A stretch of DNA of 64,000 bases from Candidatus Bathyarchaeota archaeon (lineage in GTDB: Archaea; Thermoproteota; Bathyarchaeia; Bathyarchaeales; Bathycorpusculaceae), in contig CAVYXJ010000013.1 in the NCBI GenBank assembly GCA_963772455.1, positions 83,163 through 147,162 of the forward strand, in the 5' to 3' direction. The position numbers and the translations under genes were made by a program. Below are positions 26,299 through 36,164 of this stretch, one piece after another; position 1 is the stretch's first letter; each line of letters starts with the position of its first letter. The notes beneath the pieces are model-generated. The model had not been told where the DNA came from and did not search any database. It worked only from the letters and a program-made list of their open reading frames with translations.

Positions 26299-26640
26299 CT
26301 ATTTGATTGCTATTAACTCGAATTTCTTGAATTGAGATCCTGATTGCTTCATAACTTGTAAGCTATGACGAAGTTTAGTGTCCTTCAACGATAGTTCAGT
26401 TAGCTCTCTTTCAAGATCTCCGCTAAGATCGGCAGTATATACTTTGATGGTGGCAAGGTAAATCTTCGCTTTCTTTATTTTATCCAAATCCAGATCGCTT
26501 TGTGCATCAAGACAAAATGGAACCCCTTCATCGATGTTTTGGGCATCAAGGTGGTGTTCTTGTTTGTTTACTTTCATGACGCGAATTCTCCTCTGAACAG
26601 TTTCAGCAAACTTCCAATCCGGACTTGACATACTTATCAC
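26299..26640 (-). CDS. Hypothetical protein
   Basis: 113-aa ORF preceded by GGGGTGA RBS-like sequence. Confidence 0.6.
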   Translation of the reverse strand: MISMSSPDWKFAETVQRRIRVMKVNKQEHHLDAQNIDEGVPFCLDAQSDLDLDKIKKAKIYLATIKVYTADLSGDLERELTELSLKDTKLRHSLQVMKQSGSQFKKFELIAIK

Positions 26641-26872
26641 CCCTTTTAGCTACATCCTTACATTTTACCTTAACTACATATTTTATTAAGAAAACAACAA
26701 TAATTAAAAATAAGCAACTTGTTCCATAAAATACGTTGAAGAGAATTCAATTCTACTGTTAAAAGTGATGGTTTCAGATCAACAAAACAAAGATCTTTAA
26801 AAAGCTGTGAATCTTCCTTTTTTCAATAAAAAAAACAGAAGGTATATATGGGATAATTGAACATTAGGGTTG

Positions 26873-26995
26873 GGTTTGCCGGTCAAAGGACTCGGGTTCC
26901 ACCTGATCCCATTCCGAACTCAGAAGTTAAACCGTGTTCCGTTTCCAGCTGTAGTGTGGTCTTAGGCCACGTGAACCTGGGAAAGCTGGCAACCT
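26873..26995 (+). rRNA. rrf: 5S rRNA (unlinked)
   Basis: GATCCCATTCCGAACTCAGAAGTTAA core, terminal helix GCCGG/CTGGC, TATA (TATATAT) ~25 nt upstream. Confidence 0.92.
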
Positions 26996-27065
26996 ACTTC
27001 TTATTAATTTCAATATAGAATTCAACGTGATTTGGCATAGCTTTATAACTTACTTTTAATAGTTT

Positions 27066-28196
27066 TTGGAGAAGTGGTGTCTTAAAGTGAGTCTTATTCC
27101 CGGAAGCGATTCAATTACACAGATTATTAGTTTGCTATCATACGTGTTCTTCATAGTTTTAATTTTCTATGGTCAACGTATTCAAATGTATGTAATGATC
27201 CGCGAGGTTGAAAACAGTCTCCATAAACTGCGGCACATAAAAGAAGAAGGCAGAAAAACCGCTATAGAAACATTAAAAGAAATAGGCAAACCTACAGCCG
27301 ATCCCTCAGCCCGTGTAGACCGCTACCTAGAATACTTTACAATCGGACCCCAAAACATGGATCCTGCCGGGATAGTGAACAAGCTTGATCATATCCTAGA
27401 CGTACGCGACGAACGACTAAAAGAAGAAGTCAGACTAATGGCACCTGCCGCCCAGAACGACGAAGTGCAAATCAACAACCTTGAAAACACCCTCGAAGCG
27501 GCAATGGCGCTTAACTTCATCTACAAAGTCGTGCGCCATTACTATATACAAGGCAAAAAAACCCTAAGCCTATACGTAATAATGCAACTTCAAATGATCT
27601 TGCCCATGGTTATGAAAGAGGCTGAAGCATATTCAAGCGCTCTCAAAGCATTCGCATATGGGCAACCAATAGGAGATGGTGCTGGACCTTTGGTGGCAGG
27701 AAAACTCATGCATGGTTACGAAATTCGTAAACTACCCAAAGACTGTGTAATGGCAACAGTCCCAATAGAAGGACGAACTGCCCTGGTTATCAAAGCAGAA
27801 GGCCCCGGCGGAAACGTAGGCAAACCTGGCGAGGCAGTTGAAGCAGTAATCGAAGAAAACGAAGGCAAAATCGGTCTTCTAATCATGATCGACGCAGGCT
27901 TAAAACTTGAAGGAGAACTCGTAGGCGAAGTCTCAGAAGGCATTGGTGCAGCAATCGGCGGACCAGGCGTAGATGCATACAAAATTGAAGAAAAACTAAC
28001 AAAATACAAGATCCGCAACTACGCAGTAATAGTCAAAGAAGATATCGGCGACGCAGTATCTCCAATGCGCAAAGAAATACACGATGCAACCGACAAAGTC
28101 ATCGAACGAGTTAAAGGCGTTATCTTGGAACGAACCAAAGAAGGTGACAAAGTCATAATCGTTGGCGTCGGCAACTCAATCGGAGTTGGACAATAA
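27066..28196 (+). CDS. DUF1512 family protein
   Basis: DPAGIVNKLDHILD, QPIGDGAGPLVA, KAEGPGGNVG, IVGVGNSIGVGQ. Confidence 0.8.
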   Translation: MEKWCLKVSLIPGSDSITQIISLLSYVFFIVLIFYGQRIQMYVMIREVENSLHKLRHIKEEGRKTAIETLKEIGKPTADPSARVDRYLEYFTIGPQNMDPAGIVNKLDHILDVRDERLKEEVRLMAPAAQNDEVQINNLENTLEAAMALNFIYKVVRHYYIQGKKTLSLYVIMQLQMILPMVMKEAEAYSSALKAFAYGQPIGDGAGPLVAGKLMHGYEIRKLPKDCVMATVPIEGRTALVIKAEGPGGNVGKPGEAVEAVIEENEGKIGLLIMIDAGLKLEGELVGEVSEGIGAAIGGPGVDAYKIEEKLTKYKIRNYAVIVKEDIGDAVSPMRKEIHDATDKVIERVKGVILERTKEGDKVIIVGVGNSIGVGQ

Positions 28197-28636
28197 TGAG
28201 GATGAAAAACATGACACAAAACCAAACACAAGCAACAGCGCCAGCAAGCAAAAAAATCTCCACCTACCTCACCATGATTGTTCTAATAGTCATGGCATTA
28301 GCTGTAACAGCACTTTTCATTGCATTCGAAACATACGTGGCAGGCGATCAGATAGCTGCAGGCGTCTTAGCAGGCATAGGAATAATCGCATTGGTACTTT
28401 CATTGTTCTTACTCTACCAATCAAAGCTGCAATCAGCACAAGTAAAAATCGAAGTTCCCAAAGTAATGACAACAATCGAATGCAAATGCGGCAGCAAAAC
28501 AGTGCGAGAATTCCAGCGAGGCGACTACGTATACAAAGAACTTGACATTCCATGCCAAAAATGCCCTACAACAAAACAAATGATAACCGGAATCTACAAA
28601 GAAGTCAAAGAAAAAGAAAAAACCTTCAACGTCTAA
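28196..28636 (+). CDS. Two-TM protein with C-terminal Zn-ribbon
   Basis: Two TM helices; TIECKCG..REFQRGDYV..CQKC..ITGIY. Confidence 0.7.
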   Translation: MRMKNMTQNQTQATAPASKKISTYLTMIVLIVMALAVTALFIAFETYVAGDQIAAGVLAGIGIIALVLSLFLLYQSKLQSAQVKIEVPKVMTTIECKCGSKTVREFQRGDYVYKELDIPCQKCPTTKQMITGIYKEVKEKEKTFNV

Positions 28637-28669
28637 TTTTCCTTTTTTAATTTTAATTAACTCTATTTT

Positions 28670-29572
28670 CTAAGTTAAAACTTCGCAACCATCATCTTTT
28701 ATTAATATTGTATGCTCAGCTTGAGCAACAGGTTTCTCGCTTGCTTCAACAAAAACTGGGTACCCCATGATTGCTTTTGAATCGAATAATTCTTTGAAAG
28801 CTGCTTTATGTTGTTCTTGAGGGATTACGCCTATGAGCCAGCGTTCGGCAAATGGTAGCGTTCTAAAATTAGTTTCGATGTGTTTTAACATTTTTTTTGC
28901 TGAGTCAGTTTTCACTGATTTAGATTTTAATAAGCGGTAAATGGTCTTTTGTGGGCCATCATCGACTCTGCCAATTGCATCTGGAACAGTAACGAATGGT
29001 TCAATTGCATAGACTTCACCCGATTTTACTTTGTATGGTGAAAATCCAGCAACATTAGGAATTGAAGTTCCAGCATGAATGAGGTATCGTCCAACCGAGT
29101 GACCCGTTAAGTTGCTAATGGGTTTAAATCCGCGGTTTTTTATGGTTGTCTCGATCAACGCCCCAATTTTACTAAGCATCATGTCACCATGAATGTTGTC
29201 GATAGCCGTTTTCAAAGCAAGTTCGGCAGTGTTTGCCAAACTTCTACCCTCTGAACTAAAACAAGCTGTAAATGCTGTGTCAGTAACGTAACCATCTACT
29301 TGGACACCTAAATCTACCTTAACTGTGGAGCCTTCAGGAATCAACGACTTATCTCCGGGAGGTGAAGTGTAATGTGCAGCAACTTCATTTATACTCACAT
29401 TGCAAGGAAAAGCAGGTTTTCCACCCTTAGCGCGAATTAGTCCTTCAACTTTCTCGCAGACATCAATGATTGGCATATTCTCTTTTACTTGGCTTCGCAT
29501 TTCCTCGCGAGTTTCGCGCAGAATTTTGCCTGATTTGCGAAATGTTTCAAGTTCTTCCTTGTCGTACGGCAT
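28670..29572 (-). CDS. map: Methionine aminopeptidase type II
   Basis: AFPCNVSINEVAAHYT, DLGVQVDGYVTD, LTGHS, AIEPF, AEHT. Confidence 0.95.
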   Translation of the reverse strand: MPYDKEELETFRKSGKILRETREEMRSQVKENMPIIDVCEKVEGLIRAKGGKPAFPCNVSINEVAAHYTSPPGDKSLIPEGSTVKVDLGVQVDGYVTDTAFTACFSSEGRSLANTAELALKTAIDNIHGDMMLSKIGALIETTIKNRGFKPISNLTGHSVGRYLIHAGTSIPNVAGFSPYKVKSGEVYAIEPFVTVPDAIGRVDDGPQKTIYRLLKSKSVKTDSAKKMLKHIETNFRTLPFAERWLIGVIPQEQHKAAFKELFDSKAIMGYPVFVEASEKPVAQAEHTILIKDDGCEVLT

Positions 29573-29831
29573 TGAATTTCACTTGATTCTGAATTTGGTT
29601 AATGCACTGCATGCTTAAATGGGTAACCACTCTTTGCAAACGAATGGTTTTGTTTTCTTAAGAAATTAAGATTGAATCAACTTTTGTAAAATGTTACTTA
29701 TTCTTTTACTTCTTTGAATGTAACAGTTGTTTCTTTCGGTATTGTTTTCTGTGTTATTGTGTATTTTTTGTTTTTTTTGTTTGTCATGAGCAAGTAAACA
29801 TTGGATCGTGCTTTATAAGTTGTGTTTTATA

Positions 29832-30386
29832 TCAGGATTTGTAAAGTTTAGGATCCAATAGAGCGAAATTGTTTCCACCCGTGTGGTAGATTATTCGGGT
29901 TTTTTTTAGGTCATAGCCGCTTTCAGTGAATGCGCCCATATCAGCGTATGCTTCGAGGATTTTGCCCACAAATATTGTATGATCGCCTGTTGTCGTTTGG
30001 CTATCTACTTCACATTCGAGGTGGGCTATGCATTCGCGGATGGCTGGTGCTTTGACTTGTTTTGCTGGCATCTGTGTTAAACTAGTTTTTTTGAATTTGT
30101 CGAAGCTTCTGCCTGTTAGCGAGCCACAAGCGTAGACTGCCTGCAGGATTTCGAGAGTTGGGATGTTAACGATAAATTCTCCCGATTCTTCGATTAAAGA
30201 GTGGCTGTGGCGGGTTGGTGCGAGGCTTATAGCTAGGAGCGGCGGTTTAAGTGAGGTTGGCATTGCCCATGCAACAGTTGTAATGTTTGGTTTGTTAGTT
30301 TTTCCAACACATGAAATCAACACTGTGTGCATAGGATGAAGAAGCCTGAAAGCCGATGCTATGTTAACTTGAGTTTTAGCCGACAC
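29832..30386 (-). CDS. Flavin reductase-like (flavoredoxin) protein
   Basis: NITTVAW, GEFIVNIP, GRSFDKF, GDHTIFVGKI. Confidence 0.88.
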   Translation of the reverse strand: MSAKTQVNIASAFRLLHPMHTVLISCVGKTNKPNITTVAWAMPTSLKPPLLAISLAPTRHSHSLIEESGEFIVNIPTLEILQAVYACGSLTGRSFDKFKKTSLTQMPAKQVKAPAIRECIAHLECEVDSQTTTGDHTIFVGKILEAYADMGAFTESGYDLKKTRIIYHTGGNNFALLDPKLYKS

Positions 30387-30640
30387 CTAAACCACCTTTA
30401 CAATCTTCAGTTATTATGTTTGCCAAACTTATACTTTCTTTCTTTAATATGAAGAAATGTCTATTTTGGGATTATTGTTAAACGTCACGTTAAAAACCAT
30501 TATCTATCTGAAGATAGCAACAATGAACCACAGTGCCTTAAGAGTTTGAGACTAAATTTGCTTTTTTTAAAAAAAAATATTAACTTCAGAACCCATAAGA
30601 AAAATAAATTTAAAGTTCTTATTCCAATCTTCTGGCGTTA

Positions 30641-31261
30641 TCAAACCAATAGTTGCTGCAGGACAGTTAAAGTTCCATATCTTCCCAAACTTAAGAGATT
30701 GTCGCCTTTGAAAGTTCGCACTGATGCACCCTTAATCTGAACCAAATCACCAACAGAGGGTAAGCTTGCCTGTTCACCCCAAAGACAAATCTTAACTTTC
30801 CCAGTTTCATCAGTCACCCACAAATTAGTCACCTTTACTCTGCTTCCATACTGGGTATTTACTATTTTTGGTTCTTCTATCTCAAAAACTTCTGCTTTTA
30901 AATTGATCTTTTTCATTCCACGCCGCAGGTTTTGGATAAAAATTAAGTCGACTCCAAGATTTTGCTTAGACATTTGACGACGTATTTTGTCAGTGTCCAA
31001 CCAACTTTCGAAACTTATGTTTTTCCTAAGGAGAAACGTTTCTTCAACTCGGAACTGCATTATAACTTTGTTAACTTTTGTAATTAGAAAAACTGCTTGA
31101 TGATTTATGATGCCGCGGTATTCGATTGTTAGGTCTCCACATGTGGATTTTCGAAGTGCCCTGGCTGAAATTAATGCTTGGTAGAGTTCTGATAGGTACA
31201 GATTATATTTTACGGATAGAAATGCTAGGTGCTCGATTATTATTGGTTCTTTATAGTTCAT
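30641..31261 (-). CDS. OB-fold (SSB/RPA-like) protein with unknown N-terminal domain
   Basis: C-terminal DETGKVKICLWGEQ..GDLVQIKGA..FKG..LSLGRYG. Confidence 0.75.
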   Translation of the reverse strand: MNYKEPIIIEHLAFLSVKYNLYLSELYQALISARALRKSTCGDLTIEYRGIINHQAVFLITKVNKVIMQFRVEETFLLRKNISFESWLDTDKIRRQMSKQNLGVDLIFIQNLRRGMKKINLKAEVFEIEEPKIVNTQYGSRVKVTNLWVTDETGKVKICLWGEQASLPSVGDLVQIKGASVRTFKGDNLLSLGRYGTLTVLQQLLV

Positions 31262-31435
31262 TGTTTTTGCTCCATGGATTTTGCCAGAACGTCTTGAAAA
31301 AGCGGTAAGGTTAGCGCCAGTGATTCTTCTTCTTGAAAAATTTCCGACAAATCAACTATAAAGGCTTGTGGAGTATATAGGGATAATAAAATATTGGGAG
31401 GTTTTTTCCATGCTTTTCTAAATTTTATAGGTTTA

Positions 31436-32542
31436 TTACCTTTTTACGTGGTATTGCTGGATTACGTCTTTAGCTTTTTCTCGTCGCTGTTGGTGTTGCC
31501 CGAGGAATATGTTGAGTTTTTCAGCTATGTCTTTTTTGCATTCACCGCAGAGCATTTCCCCACCTCTACATTTACGTTCGCGTTCAACAAGTTTTACTAT
31601 GTCTTCTTCAAAAAGGAAAAAGTAGTATTGGAAAATGCTGCAGACACCCGGATCAGCGCCTTCTTTACGCTGTTCCGCCGCCGTACCTTTGCCACCTGTG
31701 AATGCATTCCAGATCTTCTTTTTGACTACGTCAGGCTGATCCATGGTAAATATGCTAGTTTCTGGCTGAGAAGCGCTCATTTTTCCCCCTGCACCAAGAC
31801 CTGGTAGGAAGCGGCAATGAATTTGTGCGGGTTTGTAGTAGCCAAGTTTTTGAGCAACGTCCCGGGTTACTCTCCAATAGGGGTCTTGGTCGATGGCGGC
31901 CGGAATCAGTGCTGGTACGTTTTCGCCTGTGAGTTTTTTGTGGAGAAAACAAGGTGCAGCTTGGATGGCTGGCCAGAAAACCCAGCCGATGTTAGTGCTA
32001 TCTTGGAAGCCGAAACTGCTGCGGGCAGTGCTGTAGGTTATGCGTTTGGCTATTTCGAGTGTTATATCATATAGTAAGTCGATATCTTCTGAATCATAAA
32101 TGATGAAAGTATCTTCAGGTTTAAATCCTAACGCGATAAGGTCCAAGGCATTTTCGTACGCCCATTTGCGGGTTTGCTTAAGGTTTGCGTTATCACTGAT
32201 TAAGAATTTTTCATCGTCTGTTAATTGAAAATAGAGCCGTGTTTTGAATTTTTGTTGAATATGAAGGCTGAATATCCAAGGAACCAAATGTCCAATGTGG
32301 ACGGGTCCAGATGGTCCTCTGCCAGTGTACAAAACAAATTTTATGCCTTTATCGTAGAGGTCAAGAACAGTGTCGAGATCTCGATGACTGAAAAAAATTT
32401 TTCGTTCAAGCTGAAGGTGGAGCTTACCAGTTTTGTTTTCCACTCGCTTGAGAAGTTCTGGAGATAAAGGTTGGGTACCGAATTCTTTTACGAGACGTTC
32501 GTAGTCTACTTTGCCCTTTACTTCCCAGGGAGTAACTACCAT
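31436..32542 (-). CDS. trpS: Tryptophanyl-tRNA synthetase
   Basis: VTPWEV, YTGRGPSG..HIGH, AIDQDPYWR, KMSAS. Confidence 0.95.
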   Translation of the reverse strand: MVVTPWEVKGKVDYERLVKEFGTQPLSPELLKRVENKTGKLHLQLERKIFFSHRDLDTVLDLYDKGIKFVLYTGRGPSGPVHIGHLVPWIFSLHIQQKFKTRLYFQLTDDEKFLISDNANLKQTRKWAYENALDLIALGFKPEDTFIIYDSEDIDLLYDITLEIAKRITYSTARSSFGFQDSTNIGWVFWPAIQAAPCFLHKKLTGENVPALIPAAIDQDPYWRVTRDVAQKLGYYKPAQIHCRFLPGLGAGGKMSASQPETSIFTMDQPDVVKKKIWNAFTGGKGTAAEQRKEGADPGVCSIFQYYFFLFEEDIVKLVERERKCRGGEMLCGECKKDIAEKLNIFLGQHQQRREKAKDVIQQYHVKR

Positions 32543-32825
32543 TTCTCCATTGTTTTCTTCAGCATTCGCCGTTTATGTTCACCAGTGCTTTTAATGAGAA
32601 ACGGTGTTTTGACATATATGCTTTTTTCGGTAGAAAACTTTAGTCAAAAACATTGCTGAAAACTCTAAAGTGGGTCAAAGGTCGTATTGACGAATGACCC
32701 ACTAAGCATTGAAAAACAAAAATGCGAACCTTGGTCAAGAAAGATGAAGTTATCTTGTTTGCTTGTTTTTTACAAAATGGTCGAAGGCAAAAATCTAACA
32801 AAAGAAAAACAAAGTGAAAAAGGAT

Positions 32826-33791
32826 TTAGGCAGATTCGCATTTCTGCAAAAGTCGTTGCCAACGTAGATCAGTAGTACTTTGGATTTCATCGATTATGTG
32901 CTGGTTCTGAGGCGTGAATAGGTGTCTGAACCTGCCTTGTCCTTCAAGGTACGCTTTCACTGGTTTCTTTTTCTGCGGTGCTAGAGCAATTAATTTGCTG
33001 GGTATTGAAAGTTGTCGTTTGCCGTTTACTGCTTCCCAGATTGGAAAAACACATGACTCAACGGAAAGCTTGGAGTACTCCATGGTTTTTGCTGGTTCGC
33101 TTCTCCAGCCTCTTGGGCAAGGAGCAAAAATATGTAGAAATGCTGGACCTTCAACTTCCAAGCCTTTACGGACTTTAGTTAGCATGTCTTTCCAATAGTA
33201 AGGTGTCGCGGTAGCAACATACTCCATTTCATGAGCTAACATTATTTCGGTGATAGGTTTTTTCTTTTCTAACTTGCCAGGATTGACTGAACCAGCTGGG
33301 GTTGTGGTTGTTGCTGCGCCAACAGGTGTTGAACTGCTTCTTTGGATACCAGTATTCATGTATCCTTCGTTGTCATAGAGGATAAAGAGGAAGTCATGTC
33401 CACGTTCCACAGCGCCAGACAATGCTTGCAAGCCAATGTCGTAGGTTCCGCCGTCGCCAGCTAAAGCAATTATATCTATGTGCTCTTGTTTGATTTTGCC
33501 TTTTTTACGCATTGCTTTTATGGCTGCGTCAATGCCTGAAGCGTTTGCAGCGGCATTTTCAAAAGCGGTATGAAGCCAAGGTATTGCCCAAGACGAGTAT
33601 GGGTAAATGGAGCCAACTATTTCCATACAACCTGTTGCTTGAGTCACAATTGTTGGTCCACGTGTTGCTTTCATGACCATTCTAAGCATTGCTGCTGGAC
33701 CGCAGCCTGCACATGCTCTGTGGCCTGACAAGAAAAGGTCTGGTTTGAGTGCAATATCTTTAGATGTAAATTTCCATTCTTGTGTTGTCAT
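32826..33791 (-). CDS. porB: Pyruvate:ferredoxin oxidoreductase beta subunit
   Basis: GHRACAGCG, GDGGTYDIG..YDNEGYMNTG, APCPRGW. Confidence 0.92.
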   Translation of the reverse strand: MTTQEWKFTSKDIALKPDLFLSGHRACAGCGPAAMLRMVMKATRGPTIVTQATGCMEIVGSIYPYSSWAIPWLHTAFENAAANASGIDAAIKAMRKKGKIKQEHIDIIALAGDGGTYDIGLQALSGAVERGHDFLFILYDNEGYMNTGIQRSSSTPVGAATTTTPAGSVNPGKLEKKKPITEIMLAHEMEYVATATPYYWKDMLTKVRKGLEVEGPAFLHIFAPCPRGWRSEPAKTMEYSKLSVESCVFPIWEAVNGKRQLSIPSKLIALAPQKKKPVKAYLEGQGRFRHLFTPQNQHIIDEIQSTTDLRWQRLLQKCESA

Positions 33792-33804
33792 TTTTTTTCC
33801 TCCT

Positions 33805-35038
33805 TTACTCTCTTAATCCTAAATAATGCACTTGGTTTTCCACTTGACCGGTTTTAGCTATTTTTGTTAAATCTTCGAAGACGCGTCTTAGGTCTTTTGG
33901 ACTATAATCTCTGCCGCCTAATCCAAAAATGTAATTTACTATTATTGGGCGTTGTTTTATATCGTAGAGTGCATTTCTGACTTCGTTGAAAACTGCAGCG
34001 CCCAAACCACCTGGACTCATGCTTTTATCCATAACTGCAACAGCTTTAATGTTTTTCAGTGCATTTCTGTAGGTCTTCTGTCGGTAGCGGCCTAAAGGTG
34101 CGCAAACGTAGAACTCCAGCTTTCACACCTTCTTCTCTCAACTGGTCAACTATTACCTTTAGTGTTCCAGCGGTTGAACCTATGCAGACAATTGCGATTT
34201 CTGCGTCTTCAAGCTTGTATTCATCGATAAGTCCGTTTCCGTAGCTTCTGCCGCTGATTTTAGCATATTCAATATTGACCTCTTGTATCTTTTTTAATGC
34301 GTTACGCATGCCTTCTTCTTGTTGACGCTTAAACTCGAAATAGTAGTTCTGTAAAGCGTTGGGACCCATCGTCATGGGGTTTTCAGGGTCAAGTTTGAAA
34401 GGAACGGTTTTTCCTTCGTGGGTAAGTACCATTGGAAATTGACGTTCGCCAACGAACTTTTTGATTTCGTCTTCTGAGAGCACATCTACTCTTTCAAGAG
34501 TGTGACTGATTGTAAAGCCATCTAAACCCACGATTATCGGCAATGATACGCCAACATCTTCAGCTATTTTGAAGGCTTGAACAATTGAGTCGTAGGCTTC
34601 TTGTGCATTTTCAACATAAATGTGAATCCATCCACTGTCTCGTTCGGCCATACTGTCGGAGTGGTCACCGTGAATGTTTAGCGGTGCAGAAAGCGCACGA
34701 TTAGCTACTGCCATTACTACTGGTGCTCGTGAACCCGATGTCACAAAAAGCATTTCATGCATTAACGCTAATCCTGCTGAGGCGCTTGCAGTAAAAGTTC
34801 TTGCTCCTGTTGCAGATGCTGCAAGGCAAGCTGTCATAGCACTGTGTTCTGATTCAGTGCAGACAAATTCAGTTAGCACTTCCCCGTTGGCGACGTATTC
34901 ACTGAATTTTTCAACAATAATTGTTTGGGGAGTGATTGGGTAAGCTGCAACCACGTCAACGTCGCATTGTTTAACCGCGAAGGCAACTGCTTCGTCACCA
35001 TTCATTGCCATTGTTTCTTGTTTTGGTTTTTGCGTCAT
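33805..35038 (-). CDS. porA: Pyruvate:ferredoxin oxidoreductase alpha subunit; +1 frameshift at ~34065
   Basis: AYPITPQT, ESEHSAM, NRALSAP; C-terminal MDKS..GLGGRD in adjacent frame. Confidence 0.9.
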
Positions 35039-35041
35039 TTC

Positions 35042-35326
35042 TTATTCCTCGGGCATTTTCATTGTTATCGCTTTTGCTTGGCATTCGTTAGCGCATATTC
35101 CGCAGCCTTTGCAGTAATTGTAGTCAATCTCAACTTTGCCCATTTCGGGACGCCATTTTATTGCACCCTCAGGGCAAACCATTACACATGTCAGGCAGAT
35201 AGTGCATTTCTCTAGGTCGCGAATAGGCATGTAAGTTTTCCAGTCTCCAGTCATGAATCCTATGCTGGATTTCGGGGGAACGCCGGCTATGGATATTTCT
35301 TTCCAAGTTTTTTCTTTACTACTCAT
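35042..35326 (-). CDS. porD: Pyruvate:ferredoxin oxidoreductase delta subunit
   Basis: TGDWKT, two CxxCxxCxxxC(P) motifs. Confidence 0.9.
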   Translation of the reverse strand: MSSKEKTWKEISIAGVPPKSSIGFMTGDWKTYMPIRDLEKCTICLTCVMVCPEGAIKWRPEMGKVEIDYNYCKGCGICANECQAKAITMKMPEE

Positions 35327-35886
35327 TCAACTTTTGCCTCCTTGTAAGCTTCCTTAATAACTGCAAAGTTTTTCTCAGCCAAATCAGGTCGGAAACGACC
35401 CTTCAGGGTTTTCTCAATACCTTCCAAAGTAACTATGCCAGTGGCTTTAGCAACAACACCCAAAAGTGCGGTGTTTGTTATTGGAGCACCCAAAATTCTA
35501 AGAGCAATTTCGGTTGCTGGGACCGTCCAAACTTTGCCTTTAGTAACCCCGAGGTTTTTCTTTAAAACTGCAGGTTCTTCACTGGAGTTAATAATTAGAG
35601 AATCGTCATCTCGGTTTAATCCAGAAGTAACATGGACGGATTTAAGTAAGGTGTTGTCTAAAACAATGACAACGTCTGGGTTATAGATCGCACAATGTAA
35701 TCTTATTGGTTCAGTGCTTATTCTTGTAAAAGCAGTTACTGGGGCACCCATTCGTTCAGGCCCAAATTCTGGGAAAGATTGAATGTATTTGCCTTCGTCA
35801 AGGGCTGTTCGAGCCAAAAGTTCGCTGGCTGTCCAAGCGCCTTGCCCGCCTCTACCATGCCACCTAAACTCCATCATAGTTTTCAA
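35323..35886 (-). CDS. porC: Pyruvate:ferredoxin oxidoreductase gamma subunit
   Basis: WHGRGGQGAWT, FPEFGPERMGAP. Confidence 0.92.
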   Translation of the reverse strand: MKTMMEFRWHGRGGQGAWTASELLARTALDEGKYIQSFPEFGPERMGAPVTAFTRISTEPIRLHCAIYNPDVVIVLDNTLLKSVHVTSGLNRDDDSLIINSSEEPAVLKKNLGVTKGKVWTVPATEIALRILGAPITNTALLGVVAKATGIVTLEGIEKTLKGRFRPDLAEKNFAVIKEAYKEAKVE

Positions 35887-36164
35887 AACTTATTCCCCTC
35901 GCTAAGTCTTTTCTAGCTAAATTGACGCATACCTTGATATACATTTTTGTGTCGAAACGCAAAAACACTTCAATTTAATGTAAAAATAACAAGAGGTTAA
36001 ATTGACATAAAAACCGTCAACACCACCGCTTAAAGGGTCAAAAAGTTTATCGATTTGAACATTTTCCTTTTTCATTTGAGCAATAAAGTTATATTTTACT
36101 ATTGACTGACTAGATTTTTGGTTCAAGAGGCTGTTTTTGATATGACTAAAATGGGGAACAGCAA

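Noticed and set aside
33805-35038. Programmed ribosomal frameshifting or true pseudogene in porA and other split genes
   Set aside because: No slippery heptamers, and a uniform +1 pattern across unrelated genes fits sequencing error better.
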